Assembly: GCA_002633005.1 (NCBI GenBank)
Contig: NMRA01000336.1
Coordinates: 363,056 to 427,055, forward strand
Reading direction: 5' to 3'
DNA from: Phoronis australis
Lineage: Eukaryota; Animalia; Phoronida
Length of the DNA stretch: 64,000 nt
The notes beneath the pieces were generated by a model, which ran no database searches, was not told where the DNA came from, and worked only from the letters and a program-made list of their open reading frames with translations. This document shows, piece by piece, positions 1 to 12,500 of the stretch; position 1 is the first letter of the stretch; every line of letters starts with the position of its first letter. Made by a program: the position numbers and the translations under genes.

Positions 1-420
1 AACACATCTGCCAATTTTCATGTTCCTTTGAGAGATCAGCCGAACGGACTCAAAAATAATAAAAATCGTCCCTAAGCGGATCACAATTTGTTGAATCTTG
101 TTTGAAAATGATCGGCCATAGTCGTTACCTTAACAGAAGCCATATTTGCCAGATTTTATGAAAATAAATCAAAGAAATCAGAACATACAGAAGCACATGT
201 GGAACAGTAAAATTGCCACTAGAGGTTACAGCAGCAGTCATATGGATCTGAAACTCTTCATCAGTCATCAGCTTTATAGGAAGATGTTTGCCAAATCTCA
301 CTGAGATCCTTTCAGGTATTGCAGATATGCAGCAGCAGACGCCAGAATGTTGGAAGTACTGGATGCCCAGACACAGATGACAGTAATATGCACTCGCATA
401 TATACATGTGGGCACAACTG
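1..420 (+). mobile_element. Degraded end of a Helentron-like tandem-repeat element (family C)
   Basis: Shares aaaattgccactag, agcagcagacgcc and the terminal atgc..cacatat..atgtggg hairpin region with the copies at 4820-5478 and 51047-52269. Confidence 0.55.
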
Positions 421-1032
421 GATATTGGTTTTACAACCAAGAAACATATTTTTGAGATTAACTTTGATCAGAGCAACAAAACAACAAAATCCGTGAAAGT
501 TTTTGTAATTTTACTATCATTTTATCATTATTGTATGCAATGCATTTACTGAAATCAAGGCTGCTGACTTTACAAACTAAGTAGCCAGCTCCTTCACTTT
601 GATGGTTATAGAGTACTTGAGTGTGACTGCAGGGGTTCTTATTCCCTGTTGAGTCTGCTTTGGGTGTTTTTTTTTTTCGTAATGAAAGATTATGATTCGT
701 CTTGAAGAATTCCGTTCGAATCTGGATTGCCCGTCCAGCAAATTTAAGCTTTGTAAATGTAATGACCTGGAGACACCAAAAACTTCATGTTACCTTCCAA
801 TCAATGTTTTGCGCAACCCTGCCGTTGTTTGCAATGTCAGATCCGGTGATCCTTGAGTTTTGTTAATTTTCTCCCCCCTCCCCACAGCTGACAAGTTTTC
901 AACAGCTGTGAAGTCATTTTTTGAGGATTGAAAATTGTTCCCCTTAAATTTAGACCCCACTGAAAAATGATTTTTTTTTCTTAAGTTCAAACTTTAATGG
1001 TGCACCAGCCCCAGAGAACACACAGACCATAC

Positions 1033-1245
1033 CCTTAACCTCCTAATGCCTGCTCTGGTGATTAGCTGACAATCATATAGCTCTATCCTCTCCAAGCCTT
1101 GACAGTGCATCAAGTGATCCAGTGAGGCATCTGTGATCAGTGGGCAGTTGTCTAGCTCCAGGACGGACAAGTGTTCCGTGGCACAGCCGCTGGTACCCAA
1201 ATGTCGGATTCCTTCATCCGTTATCAGCTCACAGTGAGATAAGCT
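1033..1245 (-). CDS. FBXL20: FBXL2/FBXL20-like penultimate coding exon
   Basis: gtctag|AGC...AGG|gtatgg; 213 nt; SLSHCELITDEGIRHLGTSGCATEHLSVLELDNCPLITDASLDHLMHCQGLERIELYDCQLITRAGIRRLR. The terminal exon is expected left of the window. Confidence 0.97.
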
Positions 1246-2577
1246 CTAGACAGACACAGAAAAGATAATATGCCATTTTAATGAAGCCGTGTCTTGGATA
1301 GCAACAATGATGTCGTGGCACGTTGACGTTGTTGAACAATGAACCTGTTAGAAACATTATAAATTATGAAATTTTATGCAGCACATACCAGTAGTATTGA
1401 AGTTACAATTTGAGAGAAAAAGGGCATTCTTTGGGTCCAAAATCCCTCATCCATCCTTAATCTTTTCATGTCTGTATAAGTATGTTAATGAAGAAAATGT
1501 TGTAAATTAATCTTACAGTCAGATTGCAAATAAAATATTTTTTGAGTCATGGGAACATGAAGGAGACAAATGTAATCTTAATTCATACATAGTTCAACAG
1601 TTATTATACGTACTGCAAATAGCAAGACAGACGAAATAACTCAGAATTCCCACGCATCATCACAGCTGAGCAAAAATTCCTGGTCATGATGCTTGATTGC
1701 AATAAGAATTCACTGTCACCATAGACTATAATCTTTGCTGTAGTATCTAGAATGACCTATCATGATGCAGGGATGGTAGTTTGTCTGATTTCTTTTGGTG
1801 TGTGCTTTATCATAGTTAACTTCAGCCTAAATTTTGCCCAGTTCTTTGTGACCATATGAATGCATTTTTTCACAATGATCATCAACGTATTTTTTGTACA
1901 AAGCTTTCAAATTCTTCTTCTGCATTCTATTAGCTACAAAATGTGCCTGGAATTTTCTTTTAAGGCCTATTAGCCCAAGAGCGCAGCAGTAAGACTTTAT
2001 TTTTTAAGGAATCCAATATTTATCGTGATGTGACATAAGTCAAAACTAGTTACGGCTTTTTTAGCTCCCACAAGAATAACAAATGGGACAGGTCAAGTTT
2101 GATGACGATTATGCAAAAATATTTGGGTGATTGCCACAAATGGTATTCCACAGTTACTTGAAGTAAAAAAAGTCCAGCCATTAGGCTTCTGCTGTGTTCG
2201 TACAGCACCAAAAATTCTTGTCACTTCATTGTGCAGGCTGAATTCTTTGCTGCAAATATAGGTATCCTTCACACTAATGGAAATTGTACATATCTGTTTG
2301 GTAACATCTTTTGCGCTTTATTTCTGGAATCTAGAGGGTAACAGCCTTTGGTTTCTTGTCTATGTTCTGTAGCCAAGGCAGTTGCAAATATGTAATTTTG
2401 TAGACAAACACAGCAAAATTGCATTTTTGCATCAGTCCCAATGCGGGTGGATAACTCTGTGAGAAACAAGTCAGTGTGCAGTCTGAAAGTTGTGTTTTTT
2501 TAGAAGTCTAGAGGAAGAGCGGGCAGTATTTTACTGAATTAAAATAGTAATATGTGAAGTATATTACAAAACTTAAA

Positions 2578-3262
2578 CCCTGCTCCTGCTAACCCCAGGT
2601 TTCAACATTCCAGTCTGTCTGGCTAATGCCAGAATTTTATCGGGCTGACCAGCATTCACCTAAGTAGGTCAAACTCAATTCAAAAATAACGGCCAATCAG
2701 ATAATTTAAAAGGGCCTAGTTAGGCTGGGTTGCTTCAGACAAGGCATAAGGTCCCAAGTATTCATGAAAGACTGTTTGTGATTGGCTAATTGAGCAATAT
2801 TGGTCTAGGCTTCCATATTGAGCATGGGATTTTCCAGTCTTCCTGCACACCCGTAACTTAACTTGATTTACCTGTTGTTCTGAGGCCTCTTGTTTGAAAT
2901 GGACACTTGATACTGATTTCAGAACACTTCTACCCTTGTTTTAATTGACTTATAGTCATATGTTTTGGTTATTTGTGTTTAAATTGCATGAGATGAGAAT
3001 ATTGAAAACTGTTGTATTTTACACCATTACCGGTGTTCCATTGGTCATCAGCAGCATATAATTTTGTTATCTTCCAGATTAATATGATAGAGATGAAGCT
3101 GATTTTATGAGCTTCATACTGATGTATAATACATGGTATATAAATCAAACTGCTTTGTTAAATTTTTGATTAAAACAATTGAGGGTGTTAATATTGAGCT
3201 TGACCTAAAAATAGCCAGCTGGCTGGTCTGGACACTGGTTACAGTGTAAAGCACTATAAGGG
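2578..3262. mobile_element. Putative piggyBac-like MITE; its right ~380 bp is repeated at 9709-10090
   Basis: CCCT...AGGG ends with short imperfect complementarity. 2881-3262 is nearly identical to 9709-10090, which ends AGGG-TTAA. Confidence 0.5.
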
Positions 3263-3868
3263 TTGTTACTTTTCATGAAACACATCCCTGTTATAATGCT
3301 TTGTAGCACTTTCTGGTCTTAAACCCAAATTATTGTATGACATTTTTCATAGTCAACATTTTTAAATCTTTTGAAAATGTACTCAATGAGCAAACTGGCC
3401 AAATAGTTTTTGGAATGCTGCATCACATTTCGCGGTTCAACTTTTAAATTGAATTTATTTTATCTAAAAATTTTAATGCGTCCATAGAACTAAGAATAAA
3501 AGTTTACGCTGTTCCGTACTTTTGTGCAGTCCCAAAGTTAGCGTTCATTCCAACTGTTATGACAAAGGAGTCCCTAGGAATTACCCTCATGGCATTTACA
3601 ATAAAAGCGCAAAAAGGTGACAAAAATGAAGATTTTACAATTGCACAGTGCAGATAAGTGACTGAATATTGTGACATGGAAATTCAGAATCAGCTATGTG
3701 CAAATTTTGATTATTTATTTTTCAAACAAAATGGGAGTCATTCATTCAATAAGACATGTCGGAGACAAATTTCTTAACGGTAAGTGATCCAGAACAAACT
3801 TTGGTACATTGAGATGTTGGTAGGCAGGGTTATAACCACTTTAAACCACAAATTATAACAGTACTTAC

Positions 3869-3925
3869 CAGCTCACATAACACAGGACAGTGCAAACCAA
3901 GGTGTCCCAGAGTGCCATCTGTTAT
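3869..3925 (-). CDS. FBXL20: FBXL2/FBXL20-like LRR exon
   Basis: ttttag|ATA...CTG|gtaagt; 57 nt; ITDGTLGHLGLHCPVLCEL. Confidence 0.93.
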
Positions 3926-3929
3926 CTAA

Positions 3930-5478
3930 AACAAGAGCAATGCGGAGCGTTGAAATGTGCCCATGAATGCACCACAAAGGGTGTGCTTCTAGCTAGGCTA
4001 TCGGTAGCAGCTTGCCATCTCGCCATTGGCAAATTCTGAGCACCACTGGCGAAGGTAGAGCTAAGTCCATTCGTCAACTTGGTGAATGCTTTTACAACTT
4101 GACAATAAAAATTAGGAAACCTACTCGCGTGTTGATTCACAGTCACCTCGAATTAAGTCGCCCCAAAAATGGCATTCTTGCTTTGATTTCAAATCCTAAA
4201 AATAGCAAATGAATGTTCCATTTCATGTCCGTCACTCCCCCTGAAATCACGTTTTTACGGCAAAGAAATGATCAACTGTGTAGGAGGTCAGTGCTCTTGG
4301 TAATGGCGATTTCTTGCTTTATAGCGAGATCTCATGTAGGTGATGCCGTTTATCGTCTGCAAGTGACAATGTCAAGATGACGAATAGAAGACTACATCGC
4401 AACCCAGCCTCTCTTAACTTTTTACACGCAAAACGTGGTGTGAGTTCGTCTGACGGTATCAAATTATCGGAGGGATAGAACTGAGTTGAGCTGTCTCAAA
4501 CATGCAATTTGAAATCATTATTTTCATATTAATATATGAATCTTTCCTAATTCATAACTAATTTTACCAATTTTCAACGGATAATTTGTTGTGTCAAATA
4601 TTGTTTGAGTCCTGACACTGACAGGTTTTCTTTTCAAGGCATAAAAGCCGCGGATGATGCCAGGAAGAACAAGTGTGTTATTTATTTTTTAAATCAAAAT
4701 ATGTCACGTCATACCTAGTCGGCTCGCTATATGGTGCAAGCGTAAAAAGATATAGGACAAGACCCCGAGGATCACCAGGCTGAGATTAAAACGTCATGTC
4801 AGCACTCAAAGCCAATCAGTACCGTTGAGGACCTTAGAAGATACAGAGGTAAATGTAAAAAACTAAAATTGCCACTAGGGGCCACACCAGTAGTCAGATC
4901 CACCTGAAAGTCGGCGTCATCCATTGCCAACTTCATATAACTACACTTCCTAAATTTAGTAAAGACCCTGCAGAGATACAGCCATGGGTGAAAAAAAACT
5001 GCCAGTAGGAGGCGCCACAGCAGACAAAGTCGTCAGAATATAGTAGCCAGTCGATCTTCCTCTTCATAGTAAGAACATACATGCCAATTTTCACAATCGT
5101 CCTAAGAGTGGTTTGATTGACAGAGGGGCGGACTCGAAAACAGTAACAATCACCACTATGTGGCACAAAATACCTCAAATCCATCCAAAAATGGGAGGAT
5201 AGTGTCATCTCAACAATAGATGACTATACTCCTAATTTAGAAAATCCGTTGAGGACTTTTGAAGATATAGAGGTAAATGTAAAAATTAAAATTGCCACTA
5301 GGGGGACACACCAGTAGTCGGATCCGTCTGCAAGTTCGCTCATGCCGTCCCATCTATGAAAGGAATACATTTGCAAATTTTCATGAACATACGTCAAAAG
5401 GTTTTGGAGATGGAGCAGCAGACGCCGGATGGATCCAATGACGGTATAATGCGTTCACATATGTGTGGTATAACAATA
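3930..5478 (+). mobile_element. Helentron-like (HINE-type) non-autonomous element, family C
   Basis: Starts aacaagagcaatgcggagc.ttgaaatg, as does the 51047 copy. Has ~424-bp tandem units (4822, 5246) and a 3' cacatat/atgtg hairpin remnant followed by an A-rich flank. Confidence 0.7.
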
Positions 5479-6077
5479 AAAATATATTTGCCCAAAAATT
5501 GAAATATGGCTATGAGTTCCCATTTTAGAAACTTTGATAAGTGAATTCTTTTCGATAACATAAATCACACGCAACCAGAGAAAATAAGCCAAACAAGATA
5601 AAAGGTTAACACAAGCAAATGTGCATTAGAGGAATTAATATTGGCCAGAAGATGCTGAATTTTGAAAAGTACAAACTATACAAACACAAATTTTAGAACT
5701 TGGAGCAATGACAAGTTTCTAAATATGGATGGGTGACACCAGAGTCTGTACTAATGATAGGTGGTTAAAACTAAAATTGCCTATAAATTCCACAGCAAAC
5801 ATTGAGTCTTGTCTGAAAGCCATCATCATCTGTCAACACCTTCGTTAAAACACACAACCTTAATAAAAGGTAATGCAGGGGTTTGGGAGATACAGCTGTG
5901 AACACGATGTGTCTGGATAGAAATTAGGGCAATAAGCAACATGAATATACATGGGTGGCATAAAAATCCCTTATAAACTCAAGTGAACTCTAAATTGCTT
6001 TGGCAAAGTCTATAAGTTTGGATATTAGCATCAGAAAACCCATTAGAAGTTCATGTTGGTGAATTTCAACAACATAC

Positions 6078-6122
6078 CAGAACACATTCCTCTAAATCCA
6101 TCCTTTCTAAGTTATGGCAATT
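6078..6122 (-). CDS. FBXL20: FBXL2/FBXL20-like LRR exon
   Basis: ttgcag|AAT...CTG|gtatgt; 45 nt; NCHNLERMDLEECVL. Confidence 0.94.
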
Positions 6123-6440
6123 CTGCAAAAGACAATCAGGTCATAAAATGAAATGATGTTGAAATGTCAATCACTTAACAAAAGGTGCACTAGAGGATTT
6201 TCCTTGAAATGAAATTAGCAGCAATATGTTGAAAAACTCCCAAGCTCGGATTCAAACAGTACATTTCTGCTTTCACAGACGGAAGTCTGACGAGCTATAG
6301 ACACAGGTGGATATCTATTGTGCATAGACATATCTTACAATTGGGACTTGTTTGTACTCTGTATATACCCTTGTCACATACATAACAACCATGCTGTGCA
6401 ATAACAATGAATCACCCATGATGATCAAATTATATGTTAA

Positions 6441-9046
6441 AGAGTCAGTCCAGATAAACACCAATAGGTTTTCAAAAATCATTTTGTTGTACATGGATTA
6501 GATATCCTAACAAAAATCTAAATGCCACATTTAGTGCACTCAAACGAAAATATGTAACTTACAAAATAGATTAAAGCTGTACTTTGGTGGCTGGAATCAC
6601 CAATGTATACTGCAAATCAATATTTGGCATTTCCTCAGCTTTACTCACTTTTCCTAGCTAATTTTAGTGGTCATTTATATGACCCTTTTACCGCCATATA
6701 GCACCTTGTAGCTTTATGTAACTTTTTGAACATACAGCTAAGGAGTAATTAATCTTGATGACTGACCAAACTTTGCTTCTAATGAAAATTGTCTTGCACA
6801 ACTGTCGATTTAGGAAATGATGAGCAGAGTTTAGCGACATAAATGAAATTTTGAACAAGAGGAAATCTGCTTTAAATTGTTATAAAAATCAAGTCTAAGG
6901 TATTTCAAATGTAAACAAGTTGTTTTCTGGATGTATTGCATGATCAGTATCAAAACTGAACCCAAAAACATTTACTCAATGAGTCAGTTGACATTATCTT
7001 TGAGGATACATAGAAAAATTGTACAATCATGTAACCTTCTATTTTCTTCTATCATCATTTAGTTGACAATTTCGGGTTAACTTAGTTGAAATAAATCACC
7101 TTGAAGTTTGAATTTTTAAGAATTGTTATTTGTAAAAACTGATTTTGAGGCTATCATGTTCTTAAAAACAAAATGAAGAAGGAAGGCCATTTCTGCTCGT
7201 TTAAAGGACTGCCATCAAACAAGTGCAATCAAAAAAGCTTTGTGGCTTTAGTCAGTCATGCTGAAGACACTTCAGAACACCTGAGATGATGGAAAGTACC
7301 CCATAAATCAAGGCCAGTGGCAGAGTATGGGCTCGTACTAGCCAGGATAGGTAAATTTGTGACTGACCAGGACCAATCTTTGAGTCAAATCATATGTGAT
7401 GTTCGCCGAAGAGAATTTGGTCCCGGTTTTCACCCAAACAGGAAATGTCTGTACACTGAACACCCAAGTTCTTCCAGAAGAAGTTTTGAAAGGGTATTGA
7501 CTTCAACATTTCACAGTGGATACTGGCTCAGTTTGGAAAAGCTCAGAATTGGTACCTCCCGGAACCTTCGACTTCAAGACCCACAAGATCAAGTGTCACA
7601 GTTGGAGTTAAATGACTCAACTTAGCTTCCCTAGTGCTCGCCATATACATGTATATCTTATCATTAATTGTAGCTTGAAGTTGAGGTGAAATGACAATAG
7701 TCAGTTCGGTCGCGTAATGTGCACCTCCTTGCCCCATCGTAGACACCTCACTAAGTAGCGCCCCCATCCCCGGTTGGTAGCTGTGTAATTTATAACTCTT
7801 AAGTTAAAAGATGCCTGGTGCCCCTCTTGGATGACACCTGTTTAGCAATCCCCTTCGGCAGGCAGCCGGCGGCATTTGACCCTTCCTTGCTGCACAGAAT
7901 CAGTCACTCGGTATGTTTGCTATGAAGTCCAGACTATTAGGTTGAACTGTGTTTACCTAATGTCTGTCATGAACTGGTCATTAATGAAATTGTCTTTCAT
8001 GAATTGTTTTCTCTTGACCTTGAATGTATGCCTTTTCATGTCATTAATGATCGTACTTTCAGAAATATTCAATGTTGGGGTGGCCAACGAACGGACTGGA
8101 GGCTAAAATTTGTAGCAACCTGTGGAGACATTGCAATACGAACACAAAATTACAATGAGTTTTGAAAAAAGTTGAAGATTTTTAGCACTGAATAGAAAGA
8201 CATAACCCCCTTAGGTGCCTCCCTTCCTATGCCAGTGGCTCTCAAAACGAAGATAAAAAACATGAGTAAGGCAAATTCGTCTGGTAGTCGTGTCCACAGT
8301 CTCCATGTAAACAAACAGTGACGCCATCTATCATTTAGACAAAGCAAACATGACAGTCACAATTTGTGTAGTAATAAACAATAATCATCAGTGCAGTTTT
8401 GAGAGAATGGTAATAAGTAGTGCTGTCTATTTTTCTCTAAAATATAAGCTTTTTATAGCATTTTTGTACGCTAATTACAAATTTCAAGAGGCCCCTATTG
8501 GTGGTTGTTGAGAACTGAGAACAGGCAAATTGGACGAAGTGCAATTGGTATAATGCTTTGTAAGCAAAAACTACGGGAGGCAAGATTTTTTATTTTAGAT
8601 TATGAAGAAGTTAGGAATGACTAAACAAATTATTACAAGGTCAGTTTTTGAAAAGGTGTAATATGGCTGCTATACAGAACCAAAGTTGGCCGAAAATAGC
8701 TTCGGTGAAACCCAGCAAAATAGCTGTATTGGCCAAACAAAATAAAAACATTATAAAAATTTGAAATTATGCCATTAAATCATTTAATCATAGTCCTTTA
8801 GATTCGTATCACTCATTAAGTTGTTTTCAGCAAGCTATACATGCTAGTAAAATGCATTCAAACATATCTGCTTTGGTGCCCAATTTTGCTGCAAAATGGA
8901 GGTACATGTCACAAAAAGAGAAATGATGGATGATCTCAAAAATCGAAATTTTTCCACATCTTATCAAACCAAACTCTTGATAAGTCTCAAAAAATCTGTG
9001 ATTTTGGGTATAGACTCTACCTGTTGGTTTTTATATGAAGTCACTC
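6441..9046. mobile_element. Sola3-like DNA transposon remnant, copy 1
   Basis: TTAA on both sides; imperfect TIR GAGTCAGTCCAGATAAACACCAATAGG / GAGTGACTTCATATAAAAACCAACAGG; inverted homology to 23070-25027; coding remnant at 7317-7560 (LVLARIG..ICDVRRREFG..RKCLY.EHP). GAG termini with TTAA targets are the Sola3 signature; Kolobok is not excluded. Confidence 0.65.
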
Positions 9047-9118
9047 TTAACAATTTACCTTCAGTCACACTTTGGGTACAGCTCATGAACAAAACTTAAA
9101 CATTTGAAATACTTATAC

Positions 9119-9179
9119 CCTCGCCAGAGCTTGAAATCCACCATCAGTTAATTGTGAGCAACTGGCCACTTCTAGTGTC
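9119..9179 (-). CDS. FBXL20: FBXL2/FBXL20-like LRR exon
   Basis: ttgtag|G ACA...AGG|gtataa; 61 nt; TLEVASCSQLTDGGFQALAR. Confidence 0.94.
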
Positions 9180-9387
9180 CTACAAGTAAAACACTTTGTG
9201 AGTCAAATGAGTACCTCAGAGTGTTACCATGAAAACATTGTAGTATTATCATTATTTTACATTAGAGTGCTTTTTCATCGTGTACAATCTATAGGTAATT
9301 GTAGTGACTATGAATACAAAACATTTTCACATCAAATAACTACAGCATTAAATATTAACATAATAAATTTAATGAGGTTTAAAGCAA

Positions 9388-9470
9388 AAGAAGTGCCTTA
9401 CTCAAGCGTCTGTGGTAAAGTGGTATTTGAAGCCATCGTGTTCACATTGGCCCACCGAGCCACATGGCTA
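9388..9470 (-). mobile_element. Degraded tRNA-derived SINE head (CORE-like)
   Basis: Minus strand: A-box-like TGGCTCGGTGG, B-box-like GGCTTCAAATACC, then CTTGAGTAAGGCACTT resembling the CORE-SINE motif. Confidence 0.4.
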
Positions 9471-9576
9471 CCACAGACTTGCAACTGCTCACTGAGCCAT
9501 GCTCACACAAGCTTATTACCTTTAAAACTGGTTTTAACAGTTATAACCTCTTTCCTGTGAACAGTGTATTTTTATA

Positions 9577-12500
9577 CCGTAAACGTCCAGGTTAACGCCC
9601 TGTGCGGTTAAATTGGCAAACCTAAAAAATCGGGGGTGGGCGGTTAACCAGACATGGGCGCTTAATCGTGAAATTTTAAGAAATCCAGGGAGGGCAGTTA
9701 ACTGAACATGAGACCTCTTGTTTGAAATGGACACTTGATAATGAATTCAGAACACTTCTACCCTTGTTTTAATTGACTTATAGTCATATGTTTTGGTTAT
9801 TTGTGTTTATTTGCATGAGATGAGAATATTGAAAACTGTTGTATTTTACACCATTACCGGTGTTCCATTGGTCATCAGCAGCATATATCATAGTTATCTT
9901 CCAGATTAATATGATAGAGATGAAGCTGATTTTATGAGCTTCACACTGATGTATAATACATGGCATATAAATCAAACTGGTTTGTTAAATTTTTGATTAA
10001 AACAATTGAGGGTGTTAATATTGAGCTTGACCTAAAAATAGCCAGCCCAGCTGGTCAGGACACTGGTTACAGTGTAAAGCACTATAAGGGTTAAAAGAGA
10101 ACAGCGACAGCCCTACGTAAAGGAGTACACCGGCGCGACTCTGTACTTTTAAGCTGTTGTTACAAAAAACCCAGTGTTTTACGATATTTCTCCGTTCAAA
10201 TGACCCAAAACTATGATGTCAAATCTGTTCCAATATTTCCCGACTCGATGATCCCTGGACCTGATGTTCCATGCCCGTAGCTAGCTGCATGCACGTCATT
10301 ACCACTGCCGCCAATTTTCAATCAGTTAGGCCTATGTCGTAGATGTCTCAGACTCGAATGGTTAGAATTTTGTTCAGGCTGAAACTGCCCAATGTAGAAA
10401 CAAAAATATTCGGGAAGCTAAAAGGTTAGGTGGATACGATAATTCCCAGTTACGCTTGTCGCAAGAAATCGTATTATAAAGAACCGCCCGCGACTTTGGC
10501 GGAATCTGCTAACGCCAACTTCTCTGAGATGCAATAAGCGAAAAACAAAATTTGACTTGCAGTTTTTTATTTCTTCAAGATGATACACAAACATCCAGTA
10601 ACGTATTGCCAACCTTTGAATTCAGAAATCGAGAGACAGCAAATCGGCCAGCGAGGTACACTGTCCGTTCGGTAGCTACACATCCTCCATAACCTGGCAA
10701 TTACACTCATCAAAATCGGGAGAATTTGAATCTTTTCGTGAGTTATGGAAATTCTTCTAGATACGAGAGCTTCCTACCAAAAACGACTTGGAAGGGTTGG
10801 CAAAACCACTGTCACATTTCTCTGGCCCGATTTTTTTTCGACATGTTTTATGTAGTGCACTGCAGACAGAAACTCGGCGCAGTAGACCGCGTTGCTAAAA
10901 GCGGAAGCATTGAAGCCGGCGGGGTTCTTTAACTTTTTGAACATGGGAAGAAAATAAAGTAAATTTGAAGTAAATTCATGACCCGAGACAAGAATTCGTA
11001 ACTTGTATTATAATTCACATAGGCAAACTGCCGGCTCGGAAGCCGTCATTGCACTCTACAAGGCTTGGAATTTTCCACGGAAACGCGGATTTCTGCTTTT
11101 TTCTTTTATTACCTCCGTGTATTTTCATATTTCCGCGGAAAAAATAAGATTTGCCATAAAATTATTGCGGCAAATTGGTTTCTCACCGAGGCGTTGCCGA
11201 CAACTCGAAAAGCAGAAACTGCTCTAAATGTTTCGGAGGAACGAAAACTGTACTTGCGGATCACAGGCACTCGAATTTCCCGATGACTCGTAACCATATA
11301 TAAGAAACATGTTTTCTTAGTAGTGAATAATGTCAGCGGTAATCGAGGAACAAATAAATTCAAGCGTCTGTGCCTGGAATAGCGTGGTTCATCAATGGCG
11401 TCTGCATTTGGTATAATGTCATGGCGACAAATAGTGCGATTCTGCGGTCAAAAATGCGTGGAGTTGACAGAACATTTCGTGGACAAAGTGGATAAAAGAA
11501 GCGGTCAATGTCTTCACAAACAACATAAGTCAAGATTTGTGCTCTGTAAACTTTGAGAGAGGAACAATGACGGAGTGTTTGGCCGAGTCCCCTCGGACTA
11601 AGTTGGAATCGGAGGACCGACTGAAAACGATGAAACGCTAGAAATAGTAACGCTTCCTGAAATGAAATTCAACTGTAACCAGTTATTTGTTAGATTGGAA
11701 TCGTGGCATGTGAGTGATGTATGAAATTCTTTTGTTTGATCCCACATTCACGCCCATTGCCGTTGGCTGCTAGTGCTAGGCCTGACCATCTGTGAGTGTG
11801 ATTTTCTACGTGCCGCCGAAACGGGATACAAAGGGCTATTTTCGTTACTGCAAATGTGTTTTATTTAAATTGCCATTTACGTATTTCAATTTATTTTGAC
11901 ATTTTTCACGTTCTATTTTGTGACTCGAGTTTTGCAGTTCGAGAGAAGTGATCACGTGACAGATTCTGAATGACCTGATTGGTCTAAGCCATTGTTTACA
12001 AATTCCGCCAGCCTATTTTTCTACACCAGCGTGGCTTATGAACAATTAGCTCCTGCAATTACTGTTTGAAACTGAAAAGTTTGACCAACTTAGGATTGTG
12101 GTTGATGCATTCTATAGTTTAACCCTATAGCGCCGGGAACCGCGTATGTGCGGTTCCGTGTTGCTTTACCTCTGAGGCCGGGAACCGCGTATATGCGTAG
12201 GAAAATTCCATTGGGTTTATCTGCCATCTGTTGCGAATGACACAAACTAAAGTTATTCCCCATGTACACACAATTTATTGACGTCATCAGTAAAGCAAAT
12301 TCTTTGTGTGTTAGCGCGTGTTTCTCAGTAAAAAAATTAAATTTTGAACGTTTCCTGCGACGTTGTTTTGAAGTCATGGCGACTCAGCGAGATCGACGTA
12401 AACTTTCGGTCAACGGAGTTTTAGATTTGATGGACACCATCGATGAATTTGAGTCGGATAGTGACTCTGATGACGAAGACAGTATTCCACTTGCTCGTCT

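Noticed and set aside
994-1032. Read-through tail VWSVCSLGLVHH* as the true C-terminus
   Set aside because: Follows a good GTATGG donor and lacks the conserved FBXL2/20 C-terminal segment.
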